A DNA stretch of 64,000 nucleotides from Eledone cirrhosa (lineage: Eukaryota). The stretch spans positions 32,116,001-32,180,000 of the forward strand of contig OZ024759.1 in the NCBI GenBank assembly GCA_964016885.1, read 5' to 3'. The position numbers and the translations under genes were made by a program. Shown here piece after piece: positions 58,414 through 64,000 of this stretch (its first letter is position 1; each line of letters starts with the position of its first letter). The notes below the pieces were generated by a model. That model saw nothing but the letters and a program-made list of their open reading frames with translations. It ran no database searches and was not told the origin of the DNA.

Positions 58414-59213
58414 TATATACATATATATACATATGTATATATATATATATATTATACGATAACAACAACAACAACGTATAATGGCAACAAACTTCAAAAA
58501 TATATGATTACATATTTTACAATAAAAACAACACTGTCGTATATAACAACAACAACAACAACAACAACAACAATAACATCTATGACAACACTGAAAAACA
58601 ACAACTTGTAGTAGAAATAACTTCAAACACACACACATTATATATATATATATATATATATATATTTTTTTTCATTTATATATATATATAATTGCATATT
58701 GTGAAATAATAATAACAGCAACATCCTATATAGCAATAACTATAACAACAACAACATGTTATATAACAAAAAATACAATCCATAATGTATGGCAGACATA
58801 ATTTCAAACATATCTATAATTACGCTTTGTACACCAACAACATCAAAATATAGTTGAGATAACCTCACACACATTATATATAATTACAAATATATATATA
58901 TACATTAATACAAATATATATATATATATTATATATTATATATTATGGAATACTGTTGGCTTCTTGCTACAATATTTTCTATACTTTTCATTTATATATA
59001 TATATATATAAATTAATAAAATAATGAATAAACAAAGAAACAGTTTCCCTTGTCTTGACTCTGTTTTCCGTTTATTCTTCACCGAAAGTAGTTTTTGAAT
59101 GCATCTTCTCTTTTCATGATATCCGGATTTCATTGGATATCCGGATTTCATTGAGTTCTTCATACGGATTGGACACTACCGTAAACTTTTGGTAGATTTA
59201 TCTATATATATAT

Positions 59214-59248
<35 letters not shown>

Positions 59249-59249
59249 A

Positions 59250-59607
59250 CTAAAAGGAAAAGAAAATGCTGACAAATTGTTCCCAGTGAAAAATAGTTTA
59301 ATTAGGAATAAGTAAAAATTAGTAATAGTATTGGTTAGTATTCAGTTTTGGTTTTAAGTTTTACCGGTTGCGCATTTCTAATGCTTTTCTAGAGCAAACA
59401 TCACGGGCGCTCTATCTCAAAATTATTTTTGAAAAGCATTAGAAATGCGCAACCGGTAAAACTTATAACCAAAACTGAATACTAACCAATTACTAATTTT
59501 TACTTATTCCTAATTAAACTATTTTTCACTGGGAACAATTTGTCAGCATTTTCTTTTCCTTTTAGCAATATATCATAACTCGTGTGTTACACCTCTATTC
59601 TTTTAAA
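59250..59607. mobile_element. Palindromic (TA)n insert, family F
   Basis: ~135-bp arms around a ~40-bp spacer; GAAA TGCGCA follows the innermost stem. Confidence 0.8.
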
Positions 59608-59755
59608 TATATATATATATATATATGGAAAGTTATATTTAAATTGTTGGGTTACAACTAGTAAATATTTATAACTGATATAAAAGCACTCAACAAGTAT
59701 TTGGAGTATATTTACGATATTAAATAAATGGAAACTATATTTATAAAACCATATT

Positions 59756-59821
59756 TATTTCATTATATATATTTCAGGGATATCATATTAACAATATGTT
59801 ATGCCTTCCTCAGACAAAATA
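59756..59821 (-). ncRNA. Type I hammerhead ribozyme
   Basis: Mirror of 59980-60045. Confidence 0.8.
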
Positions 59822-59979
59822 CAATATAGACAGTTTTATAGATAAATAGATTTGACATACCGTTCAACATCGACTTGTATTTGAAAAAATACAAATCAAC
59901 TGCCAAATCAACTTTTTCAAATACAAGTCGATGTTGAACGGTATGTCAAATCTATTTATCTATAAAACTGTCTATATTG

Positions 59980-60045
59980 TATTTTGTCTGAGGAAGGCAT
60001 AACATATTGTTAATATGATATCCCTGAAATATATATAATGAAATA
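59980..60045 (+). ncRNA. Type I hammerhead ribozyme
   Basis: TATTTTGT CTGAGGA AGG-C-ATA-A-CATATT gtt AATATG-A-TAT-C-CCT GAAA TATATA TA ATGAAATA. Confidence 0.8.
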
Positions 60046-60115
60046 AATATGGTTTTATAAATATAGTTTCCATTTATTTAATATCGTATATATATATATA
60101 TATATATATACACAT

Positions 60116-60177
<62 letters not shown>

Positions 60178-60458
60178 ATATATAGGAAATAACAAAGATT
60201 GGAAGATGCATTTAATGGTGTTTAAAATATACAAATGTAAATTAACAGTGTGCAACAAAAAAAAAATTTAGTTCATGCATATATATTTGAAAATATAGTT
60301 TGTTTGACAGAAATAACCATAGTTATCAAATCAGTTTTTGTACTAACCAGTTTCGCTTGCAGTAGTTTTGCAGTTATTATTTTTTTAACGAATCTGCCAA
60401 TTCGCTGCCCCTCCATTGTTAGTTTATCCGATTTATTCAACTATTATTATAGTTATTA

Positions 60459-60625
60459 GAGTGTCGGACGCCATGCTTTCCAGCACAGTTACGTCCCTTT
60501 ACGGTCTGAGTTCAAATCCCGTCGAGGTTAACTTTGCCTTTCATCCTTACGGGGTCGATAAAATAAAGTAGCAGTAATGTACTGGGTAATTGCTGGCCTT
60601 GTGCCAAAAGTAGAAACAATTATTA
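60459..60625 (+). mobile_element. SINE main family
   Basis: High similarity to the 9523 copy. Confidence 0.9.
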
Positions 60626-60950
60626 TAGTTATCTGCATTGTGGCGACTATAGATTTCAAATTCCCATCTTATTTACAATCAGTATAGTTTTTATCATTTT
60701 CTTTCTTTGTGAAAGGTAACTTTCACAAAGATTTAACTGTCAACACATCAACAATGAAGAGCTGACAATAACATCAACAACTCAACATCGTTCCCGTGAT
60801 ACTTCACTTCTATAAAACAGCCTAAATGGACGTCATTACACAGCCAATATCTACAGATCTAAAAAGGATCCGGTGTAAAAGAAAGCGCCGCTAGATCTTA
60901 GAGATTTATTGCTCTAAATTAAACATAAAGGAGTATTTAGGACATAAGGA

Positions 60951-60982
<32 letters not shown>

Positions 60983-61096
60983 ATAATAATAATAATAATG
61001 GTTTCTTTATTGAAGATCGTAATAAAAGGATGATAAACCTTGATTACAACCGAGTGCTCAGGTTAACATTCTGTTTGTATTTTCGTATTTGCCTAT

Positions 61097-61764
<668 letters not shown>

Positions 61765-61942
61765 ACACAGCGCATCGCTGATTGTTAAGAAAATTGGATT
61801 TGCAATCGCGAGGTTGGGACTTTATTTCACTTTGCTCCTTCTACCTGGAGTAGCGACCAGGTAGAAGGAGCAATTAGCAATTGGAAGACCCATGGAAATA
61901 TTGTTTCCTCGGTCCGATTTGACGAAAGTCGATCGACTGACG

Positions 61943-61973
<31 letters not shown>

Positions 61974-62051
61974 CACACACACATGTATATATGCTTCTAT
62001 CTATCTATCTATCTATCTATCCCCCCCCCTCTCTCTCTCTCTATATATATA

Positions 62052-62244
62052 TAACGAAGGAATTGTGGTAAGGAACCAGATGGACCATAACGCACCAGAG
62101 TACTCAATACTTAGGGTAGTAGAGTAGGTAATAGGAAATGGTATGACTCCGACGACAGAGCTCAAGCCGTTTCGACGGCTACTTCTAGTCCAGAAATAGC
62201 CGTCGAAACGGCTTGAGCTCTGCCGTCGGGGTCATACCTTTTCC

Positions 62245-62248
<4 letters not shown>
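62052..62248 (-). mobile_element. Family A (TA)n insert with inverted arm
   Basis: Homology to 2352. Confidence 0.9.
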
Positions 62249-62267
<19 letters not shown>

Positions 62268-62276
<9 letters not shown>

Positions 62277-62477
62277 TAACAGATTAAAGTTTAAGCAAAG
62301 AATCGCTGCTTTCACCCTTAACGGGGTCTTCTGAAACTAAGGGTGAAAGCAGCGATTCTTTGCTTAAACTTTAATCTGTTATTTTAATAAATATTTGCTC
62401 TAGGGTTCTTATATATTTGATATATATTTATCCTTATCCCGCCCTCTTTGGATTTTAGTCTTCACATTTATTATTAT

Positions 62478-62482
<5 letters not shown>
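62268..62482 (+). mobile_element. Family B (TA)n insert with inverted arm
   Basis: Homology to 52900. Confidence 0.85.
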
Positions 62483-62524
<42 letters not shown>

Positions 62525-62530
<6 letters not shown>

Positions 62531-63200
62531 TTCAAAATATTAACAAAATAGATATTCTTGTGCTCAATTATATTTTATTATACATATTTCAGAGGTACTG
62601 AGTTAAGTTCAACAGTACGTCCTCATCAGATAAAATAAGTTGATGCATGACGTACTCTGACATAGTAGATGGTTAAGATTCAGTCATGGTAGTGATTAAC
62701 TTATGACAAAACTCAATATTTATACCCTAATATTGAGAACATGAGATAACATAATACAAACAACAGAGAGGGTGCGTGTAATAGAGTTTAAGAAATAGAT
62801 GGCATCAATATAACAATTATAACATTTTTTTATTTTTAAAAACTACTGGAGAAAAAGGGTGGAAAGGAAAGCATAGAGGAAGAAACAGCTGATGTGATAA
62901 TATATTCAGTAGGTGGCTTGAAAAAACAGATGAAAGATGATTAAAGAGAGAGAGACAAAGGGGAGTAATTTATGTTCAAGTTTATATACAGATTTCCATA
63001 TATGCAACACATGTCCAAATTAATATAGTTGGCGGTTAAATTTCCAAATATTTAATTTAAGTTATTTCAGAGCAATGAATAATATTTTAGGTTGTAAAAG
63101 TTAATAGGTATTTGTATTAATATTATAATTATGTTTAATTTCTAAAATTCAAATTTTATGAAAACAAATTTGATGTATTCACTGAACCTTGTTTAACTTT

Positions 63201-63205
<5 letters not shown>
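62525..63205. mobile_element. Longest family D insert (~680 bp)
   Basis: - strand hammerhead at the left; short + strand 3' tail (GATGTATTCACTGAACCTTGTTTAAC) at the right, matching 33431-33456. Confidence 0.75.
62571..62637 (-). ncRNA. Type I hammerhead ribozyme
   Basis: Nearly identical to 15202-15268. Confidence 0.85.
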
Positions 63206-63237
<32 letters not shown>

Positions 63238-63309
63238 TGCAAACTTTGCTAAGTGTATTGCAATCGCTTGGCAGATTACAGAAAATGGTCACTTTTAGGC
63301 TACGGCCAA

Positions 63310-63412
63310 CCACACGAACCTGTAACATCCTGAACAAGCAATGACTGTGCTAGGAAGGTTTCTTTAAGTGGGGAAAGGCCTTGCACGCGACCAAACCCAC
63401 TCTCTGAGCATC
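63310..63412 (-). mobile_element. Fragment of the RTE-like family
   Basis: Reverse complement matches 11908-11965 (CAGAGAGTGGG..GTGCAA.GCCTTTCC.CACTTAAA). Confidence 0.65.
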
Positions 63413-64000
63413 GAAAACACATAATTATTATACTATTACACACACACACACACACATATATATATGGTGCGTTTGTCTGCATGTATTATATATATATAAT
63501 GTTTTTTTCACCCTTGTTTCAGTCAATAGACTGTGGCCATGCTGGGGCACCGCTTTGATTATGTATAAGTACGCATTGTCAGGCATTCATGCTGCATTCG
63601 CACATACACAATATATATATATATAAATATAAATATATATATATACACACATGTATATCAAACGTAACTTCATAGCGTGTAATTCACTGTAAGACATCTA
63701 AAACAAGCACCAATAGAAAACAAACACGCCACCACCACCACCGACACTACTACACCACCACTACCACCACCACCACTACCACCACCACCACTAATACCAC
63801 CACCACCACCACAATGAGGTAATATCTCTCCTTTGATGATAGAATCCAACTCCAGTCAACCGACATAAAGTTGGTGGATATAAAACTGGGAAGAAGGTAT
63901 ATCAAAGAGGCGGGGTGGGGGTGATATAAAAAACAAACACTGGTATACATATATATATATATATAAACACACACACATATATACAAATATCTTTCTCTCT

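Larger units (their letters stand above)
59627..60088. mobile_element. Family C-related palindromic insert
   Basis: 176-bp arms at 59713-59888 and 59913-60088 with a 24-bp spacer. Confidence 0.9.

Noticed and set aside
61832-61873. 17-bp-stem hairpin resembling a terminator
   Set aside because: Eukaryotic DNA with no U-tract or gene context; likely a small inversion junction

Overview
Repeat-dominated eukaryotic non-coding DNA (intronic or intergenic), most likely from an octopus or related cephalopod. That assignment is an inference from the SINE types and the extreme (TA)n/(CA)n/(GA)n density. No host protein-coding gene can be supported, and almost the whole ORF track is translated microsatellite. 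Recognisable parts are tRNA-derived SINEs, a CR1-like LINE 3' fragment, a ~610-bp RTE-like non-autonomous element, a hAT-like transposase remnant, mariner-type MITEs, a Helitron/DINE-like element and many minisatellites. The main unexplained structure is about 25 short (100-700 bp), ORF-less inserts from several sequence families, sitting inside (TA)n tracts. Many are head-to-head palindromes, and many carry type I hammerhead ribozyme folds (stem I - CUGAnGA - stem II - GAAA - short, often palindromic stem III - UH - stem I'). About 15 folds have intact cores and more are decayed. A shared 3' box, T(T/A)GAGT(G/A)CT, occurs across families. This points to a (TA)n-targeting, hammerhead-bearing Penelope-like/retrozyme-like system with a stereotyped inversion mechanism. 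Coordinates and folds were read by eye and may be off by a few bases.
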